DNA of 64,000 bases, taken from Escherichia coli (lineage in GTDB: Bacteria; Pseudomonadota; Gammaproteobacteria; Enterobacterales; Enterobacteriaceae). Below are positions 1 through 12,937 of the stretch, piece after piece. A program made the translations under genes and the position numbers. A model generated the notes under the pieces. The model did no database searches and was not told where the DNA came from. It saw only the letters and a program-made list of their open reading frames with translations. The stretch lies in assembly GCF_048403405.1 (NCBI RefSeq), contig NZ_CP183129.1; one strand, written 5' to 3'. The stretch's first letter is position 1. Every line of letters begins with the position of its first letter.

Positions 1-80
1 CGTCGGCTAGCCTGACGCTGCATGCGCCAGCGCCCCACTTCCGTTCTACTCCGCTTCATGTTAACTACTCTATGCAATAA
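1..80 (+). CDS. 3' end of an ORF running off the window start (possibly kch by synteny with cls)
   Basis: Frame 3 is open from position 3 to a TAA at 78-80; only 26 codons visible, so identity cannot be verified. Confidence 0.25.
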   Translation, partial: SASLTLHAPAPHFRSTPLHVNYSMQ

Positions 81-201
81 CAGAATGGTCATTATACCCC
101 CGCCCCCGACGCTGACCAGTGCTTTTCCCGCGTTTTTATTTGCCAGATGAATCCATATGCGTAAACTCATAACAATGCGCTTTCAAAAGGATTTCTAATC
201 T

Positions 202-2026
<1,825 letters not shown>

Positions 2027-2043
2027 ATAATCGCTTTCGGCGT

Positions 2044-2761
2044 AATAAATATCCTCCGGCATAGCCGGAGGTTTTTCAAATGCGCCTATAAGGCTCTCTT
2101 ACCAGCCGCGCCCTAACAGGCGCACACGATCTGACATTTGCATCCAACTTCGTTACTTACGGCCCGTAAACGGGCTGCCCGGATAGGGAATCGATAACTG
2201 CTCTCCCATTTTATCCTCTTCAAGCTGGTGCTTTATGTAATCCTGTATCTTCGCCGTGTTCTTACCCACCGTATCGACGTAGTACCCTCTGCACCAGAAC
2301 TCCCTGTTCCTGTATTTGAATTTCAAATCACCAAACTGCTCGTAAAGCATCAGACTGCTTTTCCCTTTCAGATATCCCATAAAGCCGGATACGCTCATTT
2401 TGGGCGGGATCTCCACAAGCATATGGATATGATCTGCACAGCATTCAGCTTCCAGAATCCGTACACTTTTCCACTCACACAGCTTTCTCAAAATACTGCC
2501 TATTGCTCTACGCTTCTCTCTGTAGAACACCTGTCTTCGGTATTTTGGCGCAAAAACTATGTGATATTTACAGTTCCATCGGGTGTGCGCTAAGCTCTTT
2601 TCGTTCCCCATTGGGACCCCCTTTTGATTTCTTGTTTGACACTTGCAGTTGCCAGACCGCAAGGTGTTTTAACAAATCAAAAGGGGTTTTAATAACTGGC
2701 TTAAAGCTGAAAGCTTTCCGGAACCCCCAGCCTAGCTGGGGGTTTTCTGTGCACAAAAAAG
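2044..2761 (-). mobile_element. IS200-family insertion sequence, copy 1 (about 718 bp, no terminal inverted repeats)
   Basis: Segment is identical to 37105..37822; encodes a Y1 HuH transposase; imperfect palindromes near both ends (cctccggcatagccggagg and cccccagcctagctggggg). Confidence 0.9.
2153..2611 (-). CDS. tnpA: IS200/IS605-family Y1 (HuH) transposase TnpA
   Basis: Translation MGNEKSLAHTRWNCKYHIVFAPKYRRQVF...; HuH motif (HIHML) and C-terminal tyrosine; start taken at the internal Met of the 169 aa ORF-track entry to give about 152 aa. Confidence 0.9.
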   Translation of the reverse strand: MGNEKSLAHTRWNCKYHIVFAPKYRRQVFYREKRRAIGSILRKLCEWKSVRILEAECCADHIHMLVEIPPKMSVSGFMGYLKGKSSLMLYEQFGDLKFKYRNREFWCRGYYVDTVGKNTAKIQDYIKHQLEEDKMGEQLSIPYPGSPFTGRK

Positions 2762-2786
2762 GGCTGACAACTGTCAGCCCTTATTT
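2761..2786 (-). terminator. oppF intrinsic terminator (hairpin gggctgacagttgtcagccc then T-run on minus strand)
   Basis: 9 bp perfect stem seen in sequence directly after the oppF stop; the T-run lies at the IS200 boundary. Confidence 0.6.
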
Positions 2787-2789
2787 TGT

Positions 2790-3794
2790 TTAAAGCGGAT
2801 CGACTTTCAGGCAAGAAACGGCGTGTCTGAAACTCCCCTCCAGCACAGGACGTGTTTTGGCACACTCCGGACCGGCAATCGGACAACGGGTACGGAAAAC
2901 ACAACCGGAAGGCGGGTTGATCGGCGACGGTAATTCCCCTTCCAGTAACTGGATGGTTTTGTTCTTCTCCAGATCCGGATCAGGTATGGGAACTGCCGAC
3001 ATCAATGCCCGGGTGTAAGGATGTAGTGGATTGTGGTAGACCTCATCATAGGTCCCCAGTTCTACCGCATGGCCGAGATACATCACCAGCACACGATCGG
3101 AAATGTGTTTTACCACGGCCAGGTCGTGAGCGATAAAAATTAATGACAATCCCATCTCGCGTTGCAGCTGCTGGAGCAAGTTGACCACCTGCGCCTGAAT
3201 TGACACGTCCAGCGCCGACACCGGCTCATCACAGATAATCAGCTTCGGTTCAAGAATAAGAGCACGAGCAATCCCGATACGCTGGCACTGCCCACCAGAG
3301 AACTCATGCGGATAGCGGTTAATCAGGTTAGGCAATAACCCGACTTTCAGCATCATCGCCTTCACGCGCTCGCGAACTTCCTGGCGTGACATTTTCGGAT
3401 GATAAGTACGCAGTGGTTCAGCGATGATCTCGCCGATGGTCATACGCGGGTTAAGCGATGCCAACGGATCCTGGAAAATCATCTGAATATCACTGCGAAC
3501 GGCACGCCATTCATCGGGCTTCATGCCCAGCAACTCTTTACCTAACCAGGCAACATGACCGTCGGTCGCCTTGACCAAACCGATGATGGCGCGAGCAAAG
3601 GTGGACTTACCGCATCCCGATTCCCCTACCACACCTAATGTTTCCCCTTCATACAGACGAAGAGTGACACCATCGACGGCTTTGAGCGTTTTCGGCGGTT
3701 GCCAGAACCACTGTTTGCCATCTTTGATTTCAAAGTGCACTTTCAGATCGGCGATTTCAAGGAGGACTTTTCTTCCTTCAGTTACAGCATTCAT
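2790..3794 (-). CDS. oppF: oligopeptide ABC transporter ATP-binding protein
   Basis: 334 aa; Walker A GESGCGKST, ABC signature LSGGQ; synteny with oppDCBA. Confidence 0.95.
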   Translation of the reverse strand: MNAVTEGRKVLLEIADLKVHFEIKDGKQWFWQPPKTLKAVDGVTLRLYEGETLGVVGESGCGKSTFARAIIGLVKATDGHVAWLGKELLGMKPDEWRAVRSDIQMIFQDPLASLNPRMTIGEIIAEPLRTYHPKMSRQEVRERVKAMMLKVGLLPNLINRYPHEFSGGQCQRIGIARALILEPKLIICDEPVSALDVSIQAQVVNLLQQLQREMGLSLIFIAHDLAVVKHISDRVLVMYLGHAVELGTYDEVYHNPLHPYTRALMSAVPIPDPDLEKNKTIQLLEGELPSPINPPSGCVFRTRCPIAGPECAKTRPVLEGSFRHAVSCLKVDPL

Positions 3795-4804
3795 AACAGT
3801 TCCTCCACCGGTTTAAAGCAAGCACGCAGACGGCCAGGCGTAAACTCTTCCAGCGGCGGTGCGCTACTACAAATTTCCATCGCATGTGGACAACGTGGCT
3901 GGAACGGGCAACCTTTCGGTAATCGCAGCAAGTTTGGCGGATTACCCGGGATGGTCAACATTGTTTCACCTTCCGCATCAAGACGCGGCACCGCGTTGAG
4001 CAAACCGATAGAATAAGGATGAACGGGTTGATAAAAGACATCGCGCGCATTGCCATATTCCATCGTGCGCCCGGCGTACATTACCAGCACTTTGTCGCAG
4101 ATCCCTGCCACCACGCCAAGATCGTGGGTGATCATAATGATGGCGGTATTAAATTCCCGCTTCAGTTCATTTAATAGCGTCATGATCTGTGCCTGTACGG
4201 TGACGTCCAGCGCAGTAGTGGGTTCATCCGCAATCAGCAGCTTAGGTCGACATAGCAATGCCATCGCAATCATGACTCGCTGACGCATGCCGCCAGAAAA
4301 TTCGTGCGGGTACATTTTCATGCGTTTACGCGCTTCCGGCATTTTTACCGCATCGAGCATCCGCACCGACTCTTCAAACGCCTCAGCTTTGCTCATGTTC
4401 TTATGCAGCATCAGCACTTCCATCAACTGCTCACCGACACGCATATAGGGATTCAACGAAGTCATTGGGTCCTGAAAAATCATTGAGATTTGTTCAGCGC
4501 GCAGTTTATTGAGTTCACGCTCTGGCAAATTGAGGATTTCACGCCCATTGAAGGTTGCCGATCCGCCAATACGTCCGTTGGCAGCCAACAGGCCCATCAA
4601 CGCAAATGCAGTTTGCGATTTACCCGAACCAGACTCACCTACAATGCCCAGCGTTTCTCCGGCACGTAGGGAAAAATTCAAATCATTGACCGCCGTGACG
4701 TCGCCGTCCGGGGTACTAAAGGTGACACGCAAATCTTTCACGTTCAGCAGTGCGTCAGCCTGTTGTTGTGCGAGCGGCACAGTTGCAGTTTCAATTACGC
4801 TCAT
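3791..4804 (-). CDS. oppD: oligopeptide ABC transporter ATP-binding protein
   Basis: 337 aa; Walker A GESGSGKSQ, FSGGMRQR signature; 4 nt overlap with oppF. Confidence 0.95.
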   Translation of the reverse strand: MSVIETATVPLAQQQADALLNVKDLRVTFSTPDGDVTAVNDLNFSLRAGETLGIVGESGSGKSQTAFALMGLLAANGRIGGSATFNGREILNLPERELNKLRAEQISMIFQDPMTSLNPYMRVGEQLMEVLMLHKNMSKAEAFEESVRMLDAVKMPEARKRMKMYPHEFSGGMRQRVMIAMALLCRPKLLIADEPTTALDVTVQAQIMTLLNELKREFNTAIIMITHDLGVVAGICDKVLVMYAGRTMEYGNARDVFYQPVHPYSIGLLNAVPRLDAEGETMLTIPGNPPNLLRLPKGCPFQPRCPHAMEICSSAPPLEEFTPGRLRACFKPVEELL

Positions 4805-4815
4805 GGCTGCACTCC

Positions 4816-5724
4816 TTAACGATCTTTCGGGTCGAGGGCATCACGCAAGCCATCGCCGATAAAGTTGAAACAAAACAGCGTCACCACGAGGAATCCCGCT
4901 GGGAACAACAGTAACCATGGAGAGACTTCCATCGAGTTCGCGCCATCACTCAGCAATGCACCCCAGCTGCTTAACGGCTCTTGCGTACCCAACCCCAGGA
5001 AGCTAAGGAAAGATTCAAAGAGGATCATGCTGGGCACCAGAAGTGATGCGTAGACCACCACCACACCGAGTACATTCGGCACAATGTGGCGAATAACAAT
5101 GCCCGACGTCGATACACCGCCAACTTGTGCCGCCTCAATAAACTCCTTGCGCTTCAGACTCAGGGTTTGCCCACGCACAATACGAGCCATATCCAGCCAG
5201 GAAACCATGCCTATCGCCACGAAAATCAGCAGGATGTTTTGACCGAAAAAGGTCACCAGCAAAATGACGAAGAACATGAATGGGAAGGAGTTGAGGATTT
5301 CCAGCAGACGCATCATTACCGAATCCACTTTACCGCCCAGATAACCGGAAAGCGAACCATAAAGTGTCCCGACGACCACAGCCACCAGTGCCGCAGCAAC
5401 ACCGACCATGAGTGAGATACGCCCGCCAATCGCAACGCGTACAAGCAGGTCGCGACCGGATGAGTCAGTACCAAAGTAGTGACCGGACTCCATATCCGGG
5501 GCGCTGGACATCATCGCCCAGTCAGTATCGTCATAGGCAAACTGCGAAAGCATCGGTGCCAGGATTACAAATAACGCGATCAGCACCAGCACTATCAGAC
5601 TGGCAACCGCCGCACGGTTATGCATAAAACGTCGACGTGCGTCCTGCCACAAGCTGCGCCCTTCGACCTCCAGCTTTTCACTGAAATTTTCCAGCGTCTC
5701 GCTGTTTTTCTTACTTAACATCAT
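4816..5724 (-). CDS. oppC: oligopeptide ABC transporter permease
   Basis: 302 aa multi-TM protein of the BPD permease type, synteny. Confidence 0.93.
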   Translation of the reverse strand: MMLSKKNSETLENFSEKLEVEGRSLWQDARRRFMHNRAAVASLIVLVLIALFVILAPMLSQFAYDDTDWAMMSSAPDMESGHYFGTDSSGRDLLVRVAIGGRISLMVGVAAALVAVVVGTLYGSLSGYLGGKVDSVMMRLLEILNSFPFMFFVILLVTFFGQNILLIFVAIGMVSWLDMARIVRGQTLSLKRKEFIEAAQVGGVSTSGIVIRHIVPNVLGVVVVYASLLVPSMILFESFLSFLGLGTQEPLSSWGALLSDGANSMEVSPWLLLFPAGFLVVTLFCFNFIGDGLRDALDPKDR

Positions 5725-5738
5725 CGCGAGCTCCAGTA

Positions 5739-6659
5739 TCAGTAACGGATTTTCGGGTCGATAACCGCATATAGCACATCGACAATGGCATTAAACAAAA
5801 TGGTTAACGCACCAACCAGAATGGTCAGACTTAACACTAAGGAATAGTCACGGTTCAATGCGCCATTAACGAACAATTGCCCAATCCCCGGTAAACCATA
5901 AATGGTTTCGATGACCATAGAACCGGTAATAATGCCGACAAATGCAGGGCCCATATAGGAGAGCACGGGTAACAGAGCTGGTTTTAATGCGTGGCGTAAA
6001 ATGATCCGCCGCATAGGTAACCCTTTCGCCCGGGCAGTACGAATAAAGTTGGAGTGTAAAACCTCAATCATAGAGCCACGGGTAATACGCGCAATACTGG
6101 CGATATAGGCGAGTGACAACGCCACCATCGGCAATATCATGAATTTAAGCGCCCCACCATTCCAGCCACCGCCCGGCAGCCAATGCAAAATGATCGCAAA
6201 TATCATGACTAATAATGGCGCAACCACAAAACTGGGGATAACAACCCCGGTCATTGCCAGCCCCATCACGGTATAGTCCCATTTGGTGTTTTGTTTTAAT
6301 GCGGCAATAACGCCAGCACTAACACCCAGTATTACCGCAAGGAAAAATGCTGCGGCTCCCAGTTTGGCAGAAACGGGAAAACTGGATGCAACCAGGTCGT
6401 TGACCGAATAATCTTTATATTTAAACGATGGACCGAAATCGCCATGCGCCAGTTGTTTCAGGTAGCTGAAATACTGTGTCATGATCGGATCATTTAGATG
6501 ATATTTCGCTTCGATATTGGCCATCACTTCTGGCGGTAAAGTACGTTCGCCGGTAAAAGGGCTTCCCGGCGCGAGGCGCATCATGAAGAACGAAATAGTA
6601 ATAAGAATAAATAGCGTCGGAATCGCTTCCAGACAGCGACGTAGAATAAATTTTAACAT
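5739..6659 (-). CDS. oppB: oligopeptide ABC transporter permease
   Basis: 306 aa multi-TM protein, synteny. Confidence 0.93.
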   Translation of the reverse strand: MLKFILRRCLEAIPTLFILITISFFMMRLAPGSPFTGERTLPPEVMANIEAKYHLNDPIMTQYFSYLKQLAHGDFGPSFKYKDYSVNDLVASSFPVSAKLGAAAFFLAVILGVSAGVIAALKQNTKWDYTVMGLAMTGVVIPSFVVAPLLVMIFAIILHWLPGGGWNGGALKFMILPMVALSLAYIASIARITRGSMIEVLHSNFIRTARAKGLPMRRIILRHALKPALLPVLSYMGPAFVGIITGSMVIETIYGLPGIGQLFVNGALNRDYSLVLSLTILVGALTILFNAIVDVLYAVIDPKIRY

Positions 6660-6744
6660 TGCCCTACCTTCTGGCCTGTGCCTTCTGTAATGCGATAAAA
6701 ATCAGACACCGTGGAGCAGGACACGCCTGCCCCACGTATTGCCA

Positions 6745-8376
6745 TTAGTGCTTCACAATGTACATATTCCGGGTGTAGGTATTATCCAGCGGATCTTTGC
6801 CGGTATAGCCACCAACCCACGGTTTCACCAGACGCGCATTCACGTAGTAATAAACAGGAACAATGGCCGAATCCTTATCCAGCTGTTGTTCTGCTTTAGT
6901 GTACAGAGCTGTGCGCTGCGCCTCGTCAGTCGCTTTCAGCGTTTCCGCCATAATGCTGTCAAAGGCCGGGCTCTTATAATGCGCGGTATTCATCGAGCTG
7001 TTCGACAGCATGGTGTTCAGGAAGGAAGTTGGTTCGTTGTAGTCTGCACACCAGCCTGCACGGGCCACATCAAAAGTGCCCTGGTGACGGGTGTCGAGGA
7101 ATGTTTTCCACTCCTGGTTAACCAGTTTGACGTTTACACCAATGTTTTTCTTCCACAATGAAGAGGCAGCAATCGCCAGCTTTTTATGCAGATCGGAGGT
7201 GTTATACAACAGGTTGATGGTTAACGGTTTGTCTGCGGTATAACCCGCTTCAGCCAGCAGTTTTTTCGCTTCTTCGTTACGTTTTTCCTGGCTCCAGCCA
7301 AACCATTCCGGCTGAGTCAATTTTGCGCCATCAGTATACGGTGGAGTGTAACTATAGGCGGGCATGTCGCCCTGCGCTTTCACTTTATTAACAATGATAT
7401 CGCGGTCCATACCCAGTTTCAGTGCGGTACGCACACGTACATCGTTAAATGGCGGTTTCTGGTTGTTAATTTCGTAATAATAAGTGCACAGGTATGGATC
7501 AACGTGAACTTCGTCCGGGATCTCTTTTTTCAGCTTCTGGAACAATTCGATCGGCATGTTGTTATAAGTCATGTCGATTTCACCACTACGGTAGCGATTG
7601 ACATCGGTAACTTCAGAAGCAATAGGCAAATAGGTTACCTGGTTAATAACGGTTTTCGCGTTGTTCCAGTAGGTCGGGCTGCGTTCAAGAACGATTCGTT
7701 CGTTTACGACCCAATCTTTTAAGGTATAGGCACCGTTGGTGACGATATTACCAGGCTGGGTCCATTTTTCGCCGAATTTCTCGATAGCGGCTTTTGGCAC
7801 CGGTGAAGTTGACGGGTGAACAAGTAATTTATAGAAGTACGGAACGGGTTCACTTAAGGTGACTTCTAATGTGTGATCATCAATAGCTTTCACGCCGAGA
7901 TCGGTAATCGGTTTTTTCCCTTCAAGAATTTCATCAATACCGGCGATATGCCCATATTGCAGATAACTGGCATACGGAGAAGCGGTGTTCGGATCAACAG
8001 AACGTTGCCAGCTATACACAAAGTCTTGGGCTGTGACTGGCGTGCCATCAGACCATTTCGCATCTTTACGCAAATGGAAGGTCCAGACTTTCGCGTCTTT
8101 ATTATCCCAGGATTCAGCGACGCCAGGTGCCGGATGGCCGTCAAGATCGCTGACCAGTAAGCCTTCAAACAGGTCTCGGCTGATATTAGACTCCGGAACA
8201 CCTTCAATTTTGTGCGGATCTAATGACTGAACTTCTGAACCATTGTTACGTACCAGCGTTTGTTTTTCCGCCAGTGTGACGCCTGCGGGTACATCAGCTG
8301 CCAGCGCGACATTCCCTGCCATAAGCGCAGCCAGAACGCCAGCTGCTACTAAACTTCTCTTGGTGATGTTGGTCAT
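6745..8376 (-). CDS. oppA: periplasmic oligopeptide-binding protein
   Basis: Start taken at MTNITKRSLVAAGVLAALMAGNVALA (signal peptide) inside the 567 aa ORF-track entry, giving 543 aa; family 5 solute-binding protein. Confidence 0.93.
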   Translation of the reverse strand: MTNITKRSLVAAGVLAALMAGNVALAADVPAGVTLAEKQTLVRNNGSEVQSLDPHKIEGVPESNISRDLFEGLLVSDLDGHPAPGVAESWDNKDAKVWTFHLRKDAKWSDGTPVTAQDFVYSWQRSVDPNTASPYASYLQYGHIAGIDEILEGKKPITDLGVKAIDDHTLEVTLSEPVPYFYKLLVHPSTSPVPKAAIEKFGEKWTQPGNIVTNGAYTLKDWVVNERIVLERSPTYWNNAKTVINQVTYLPIASEVTDVNRYRSGEIDMTYNNMPIELFQKLKKEIPDEVHVDPYLCTYYYEINNQKPPFNDVRVRTALKLGMDRDIIVNKVKAQGDMPAYSYTPPYTDGAKLTQPEWFGWSQEKRNEEAKKLLAEAGYTADKPLTINLLYNTSDLHKKLAIAASSLWKKNIGVNVKLVNQEWKTFLDTRHQGTFDVARAGWCADYNEPTSFLNTMLSNSSMNTAHYKSPAFDSIMAETLKATDEAQRTALYTKAEQQLDKDSAIVPVYYYVNARLVKPWVGGYTGKDPLDNTYTRNMYIVKH

Positions 8377-9113
8377 TGTTTTTTGGACTCCCTCATTATA
8401 ATTACTGGTATTAACCAGCATGTGTAATCCCGGATTGGGACCCTGCACAGGCTCGGAGACTTTCTGCTGTCAGGTTACTTTATCGTTACGTATTACTATC
8501 ACCGACTTTATTTATTCTGGTGATTCAGACGATCACCTTATGTCGATTCGTACTGTGTCTCCCCTGTCGAGACACATTATTCTTTCGCGACGCTCTTTAA
8601 TTGTTAATTATTCTCATTACCAATAAAGAATCGTCTGGCGGTTGCCCGGAAAGTACCAAATGCGCTTCTTACTCGCCAATACATTTTGCAAAATTGTTAA
8701 GCAATTCTCTTTTATTGACCGTATCAGAATCTATAGCTTGCATCCATGTCTTAACAAACATCTTTTAATTCAATCAAATAGAGATTGGTTAAGCATGTCT
8801 CTCTTTTCTGATTACAGTTCCAGTAGTGAAATGCACAATAATTTAACAATTGATTATTATTTAGCACTTTCCTCTACCAAAGGCAGTGGAATTACTAATA
8901 TCATTTCAATTATTCTTCAGCAAGCCCAGGATTATGATGTGGCGAAAATAACATGATGGTGAGGAGAAGCAGTTACGGAAATCCTTATAACTAACTGTAA
9001 TTTGAGAAGAATATTTTTACCTATTCCTTTTGCTTTTGATAACTGCACCGGAACAAAGTAAAAATAATGACGAAGTAAACGGAGCATGGCAGCTCCGTTT
9101 CATTTGAAAGGAA

Positions 9114-9761
9114 TTAATTAAGCAGGCCGGGGAAAATCCCCTTAATACCAGTAACGATAAATTCAATCCCCAATGCCATCAGCAATAGCCCCATAATACG
9201 CGTGATCACGTTGATGCCGGTTTGGCGTAAAACCCGTACCAGCCACGGTGCCATGCGGAACAATCCCCAGCAACATAAAGCGAACAATGCAATAGCCACA
9301 AAGAAACCAAACAGATAGCTAATGCTGTGATAACGCGTACCCCAGACGATGGTAGAACTGATCGCCCCTGGCCCCGCCATCAACGGCAACGCCAGTGGCA
9401 CCACACCAATGCTTTCACGTACCGCGGTTTCTGATTTTTCTTGCTTGTTCTGTTTATCCTCGCCAAGCTTGCCGCTGATCATCGACATCGCTATCGTCAC
9501 CACCAGGATGCCCCCGGCGATACGGAACGAATCAATTGATATACCAAAAAGTTGCAGAATCGTGTCGCCGAGAAAAAGCGAGATCCACAAGATAATGGCC
9601 ACAGACAGGTTGGCTGTAAGGTTAGTTTTGTTTCGCGCTGCCGCTGTCTGATAACTGGTCATGCTGATAAAGACGGGAATAATCCCTACCGGGTTGACCA
9701 GCGCAAATAACCCGATGAAAAATTTGAAGTAAACGGGAAAATCAAAAAGGGTCTGAATCAC
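9114..9761 (-). CDS. ychE: MarC-family inner membrane protein
   Basis: 215 aa, multiple TM helices, position between oppA and adhE. Confidence 0.85.
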   Translation of the reverse strand: MIQTLFDFPVYFKFFIGLFALVNPVGIIPVFISMTSYQTAAARNKTNLTANLSVAIILWISLFLGDTILQLFGISIDSFRIAGGILVVTIAMSMISGKLGEDKQNKQEKSETAVRESIGVVPLALPLMAGPGAISSTIVWGTRYHSISYLFGFFVAIALFALCCWGLFRMAPWLVRVLRQTGINVITRIMGLLLMALGIEFIVTGIKGIFPGLLN

Positions 9762-10237
9762 GGTTAGCTCCGAAGCAAAAGCCGGATAATGTTAGCCATA
9801 AATAAGGTTAAAAAGACGCGCTGACAATACGCCTTTTGACAGCATTTTTCACCTCCTAACTACTTAAAATTGCTATCATTCGTTATTGTTATCTGGTTGT
9901 GCAAAACATGATAATGTAGCCAACAAATCATACTACAATTTATTAACTGTTAGCTATAATGGCGAAAAGCGATGCTGAAAGGTGTCAGCTTTGCAAAAAT
10001 TTGATTTGGATCACGTAATCAGTACCCAGAAGTGAGTAATCTTGCTTACGCCACCTGGAAGTGACGCATTAGAGATAATAACTCTAATGTTTAAACTCTT
10101 TTAGTAAATCACAGTGAGTGTGAGCGCGAGTAAGCTTTTGATTTTCATCGGTTAAGCAAATCATCACCGCACTGACTATACTCTCGTATTCGAGCAGATG
10201 ATTTACTAAAAAAGTTTAACATTATCAGGAGAGCATT

Positions 10238-12913
10238 ATGGCTGTTACTAATGTCGCTGAACTTAACGCACTCGTAGAGCGTGTAAAAAAAGCCCAGCGT
10301 GAATATGCCAGTTTCACTCAAGAGCAAGTAGACAAAATCTTCCGCGCCGCCGCTCTGGCTGCTGCAGATGCTCGAATCCCACTCGCGAAAATGGCCGTTG
10401 CCGAATCCGGCATGGGTATCGTCGAAGATAAAGTGATCAAAAACCACTTTGCTTCTGAATATATCTACAACGCCTATAAAGATGAAAAAACCTGTGGTGT
10501 TCTGTCTGAAGACGACACTTTTGGTACCATCACTATCGCTGAACCAATCGGTATTATTTGCGGTATCGTTCCGACCACTAACCCGACTTCAACTGCTATC
10601 TTCAAATCGCTGATCAGCCTGAAGACCCGTAACGCCATTATCTTCTCCCCGCACCCGCGTGCAAAAGATGCAACCAACAAAGCAGCTGATATCGTTCTGC
10701 AGGCTGCTATCGCTGCCGGTGCTCCGAAAGATCTGATCGGCTGGATCGATCAACCTTCTGTTGAACTGTCTAACGCACTGATGCACCACCCAGACATCAA
10801 CCTGATCCTCGCGACTGGTGGTCCGGGCATGGTTAAAGCCGCATACAGCTCCGGTAAACCAGCTATCGGCGTAGGCGCGGGCAACACTCCAGTTGTTATC
10901 GATGAAACTGCTGATATCAAACGTGCAGTTGCATCTGTACTGATGTCCAAAACCTTCGACAACGGCGTAATCTGTGCTTCTGAACAGTCTGTTGTTGTTG
11001 TTGACTCTGTTTATGACGCAGTACGTGAACGTTTCGCAACCCACGGCGGCTATCTGTTGCAGGGTAAAGAGCTGAAAGCTGTTCAGGACGTTATCCTGAA
11101 AAACGGTGAGCTGAACGCGGCTATCGTTGGTCAGCCAGCCTATAAAATTGCTGAACTGGCAGGCTTCTCTGTACCAGAAAACACCAAGATTCTGATCGGT
11201 GAAGTGACCGTTGTTGATGAAAGCGAACCGTTCGCACATGAAAAACTGTCCCCGACTCTGGCAATGTACCGCGCTAAAGATTTCGAAGACGCGGTAGAAA
11301 AAGCAGAGAAACTGGTTGCTATGGGCGGTATCGGTCATACCTCTTGCCTGTACACTGACCAGGATAACCAACCGGCTCGCGTTTCTTACTTCGGTCAGAA
11401 AATGAAAACGGCTCGTATCCTGATTAACACCCCGGCTTCTCAGGGTGGTATCGGTGACCTGTATAACTTCAAACTCGCACCTTCCCTGACTCTGGGTTGT
11501 GGTTCCTGGGGTGGTAACTCCATCTCTGAAAACGTTGGTCCGAAACACCTGATCAACAAGAAAACCGTTGCTAAGCGAGCTGAAAACATGTTGTGGCACA
11601 AACTTCCGAAATCTATCTACTTCCGCCGTGGCTCCCTGCCAATCGCGCTGGATGAAGTGATTACTGATGGCCACAAACGTGCGCTCATCGTGACTGACCG
11701 CTTCCTGTTCAACAATGGTTATGCTGATCAGATCACTTCCGTACTGAAAGCAGCAGGCGTTGAAACTGAAGTCTTCTTCGAAGTAGAAGCTGACCCGACC
11801 CTGAGCATCGTTCGTAAAGGTGCAGAACTGGCAAACTCCTTCAAACCAGACGTGATTATCGCGCTGGGTGGTGGTTCCCCGATGGACGCCGCGAAGATCA
11901 TGTGGGTCATGTACGAACATCCGGAAACTCACTTCGAAGAACTGGCGCTGCGCTTTATGGATATCCGTAAACGTATCTACAAGTTCCCGAAAATGGGCGT
12001 GAAAGCGAAAATGATCGCTGTCACCACCACTTCTGGTACAGGTTCTGAAGTCACTCCGTTTGCGGTTGTAACTGACGACGCTACTGGTCAGAAATATCCG
12101 CTGGCAGACTATGCGCTGACCCCGGATATGGCGATTGTCGATGCCAACCTGGTTATGGACATGCCGAAGTCCCTGTGTGCTTTCGGTGGTCTGGACGCAG
12201 TAACTCACGCCATGGAAGCTTATGTTTCTGTACTGGCATCTGAGTTCTCTGATGGTCAGGCTCTGCAGGCGCTGAAACTGCTGAAAGAATATCTGCCAGC
12301 GTCCTACCACGAAGGATCTAAAAATCCGGTAGCGCGTGAACGTGTTCACAGTGCAGCAACTATCGCGGGTATCGCGTTTGCGAACGCCTTCCTGGGTGTA
12401 TGTCACTCAATGGCGCACAAACTGGGTTCCCAGTTCCATATTCCGCACGGTCTGGCAAACGCCCTGCTGATTTGTAACGTTATTCGCTACAACGCGAACG
12501 ACAACCCGACCAAGCAGACTGCATTCAGCCAGTATGACCGTCCGCAAGCTCGCCGTCGTTATGCTGAAATTGCTGACCACCTGGGTCTGAGCGCACCGGG
12601 CGACCGTACTGCTGCTAAGATCGAGAAACTGCTGGCATGGCTGGAAACGCTGAAAGCTGAACTGGGTATTCCGAAATCTATCCGTGAAGCTGGCGTTCAG
12701 GAAGCAGACTTCCTGGCGAATGTGGATAAACTGTCTGAAGATGCATTCGATGACCAGTGCACCGGCGCTAACCCGCGTTACCCACTGATCTCCGAGCTGA
12801 AACAGATTCTGCTGGATACCTACTACGGTCGTGATTATGTAGAAGGTGAAACTGCAGCGAAAAAAGAAGCCGCTCCGGCTAAAGCTGAGAAAAAAGCGAA
12901 GAAATCCGCTTAA
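10238..12913 (+). CDS. adhE: bifunctional acetaldehyde-CoA/alcohol dehydrogenase
   Basis: 891 aa; N-terminal aldehyde dehydrogenase domain and C-terminal iron-type alcohol dehydrogenase domain; C-terminal lysine-rich tail. Confidence 0.97.
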   Translation: MAVTNVAELNALVERVKKAQREYASFTQEQVDKIFRAAALAAADARIPLAKMAVAESGMGIVEDKVIKNHFASEYIYNAYKDEKTCGVLSEDDTFGTITIAEPIGIICGIVPTTNPTSTAIFKSLISLKTRNAIIFSPHPRAKDATNKAADIVLQAAIAAGAPKDLIGWIDQPSVELSNALMHHPDINLILATGGPGMVKAAYSSGKPAIGVGAGNTPVVIDETADIKRAVASVLMSKTFDNGVICASEQSVVVVDSVYDAVRERFATHGGYLLQGKELKAVQDVILKNGELNAAIVGQPAYKIAELAGFSVPENTKILIGEVTVVDESEPFAHEKLSPTLAMYRAKDFEDAVEKAEKLVAMGGIGHTSCLYTDQDNQPARVSYFGQKMKTARILINTPASQGGIGDLYNFKLAPSLTLGCGSWGGNSISENVGPKHLINKKTVAKRAENMLWHKLPKSIYFRRGSLPIALDEVITDGHKRALIVTDRFLFNNGYADQITSVLKAAGVETEVFFEVEADPTLSIVRKGAELANSFKPDVIIALGGGSPMDAAKIMWVMYEHPETHFEELALRFMDIRKRIYKFPKMGVKAKMIAVTTTSGTGSEVTPFAVVTDDATGQKYPLADYALTPDMAIVDANLVMDMPKSLCAFGGLDAVTHAMEAYVSVLASEFSDGQALQALKLLKEYLPASYHEGSKNPVARERVHSAATIAGIAFANAFLGVCHSMAHKLGSQFHIPHGLANALLICNVIRYNANDNPTKQTAFSQYDRPQARRRYAEIADHLGLSAPGDRTAAKIEKLLAWLETLKAELGIPKSIREAGVQEADFLANVDKLSEDAFDDQCTGANPRYPLISELKQILLDTYYGRDYVEGETAAKKEAAPAKAEKKAKKSA

Positions 12914-12937
12914 TCAGTAGCGCTGTCTGGCAACATA

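Noticed and set aside
2228-2793. Plus-strand ORFs (121 and 96 aa) within IS200 copy 1, duplicated in copy 2
   Set aside because: Antisense to tnpA inside the IS; they appear twice only because the element is duplicated. IS200 is known to encode a single transposase
10589-12406. 605 aa minus-strand ORF inside adhE
   Set aside because: Antisense shadow of adhE; no recognisable motifs, and adhE on the plus strand is intact and full length
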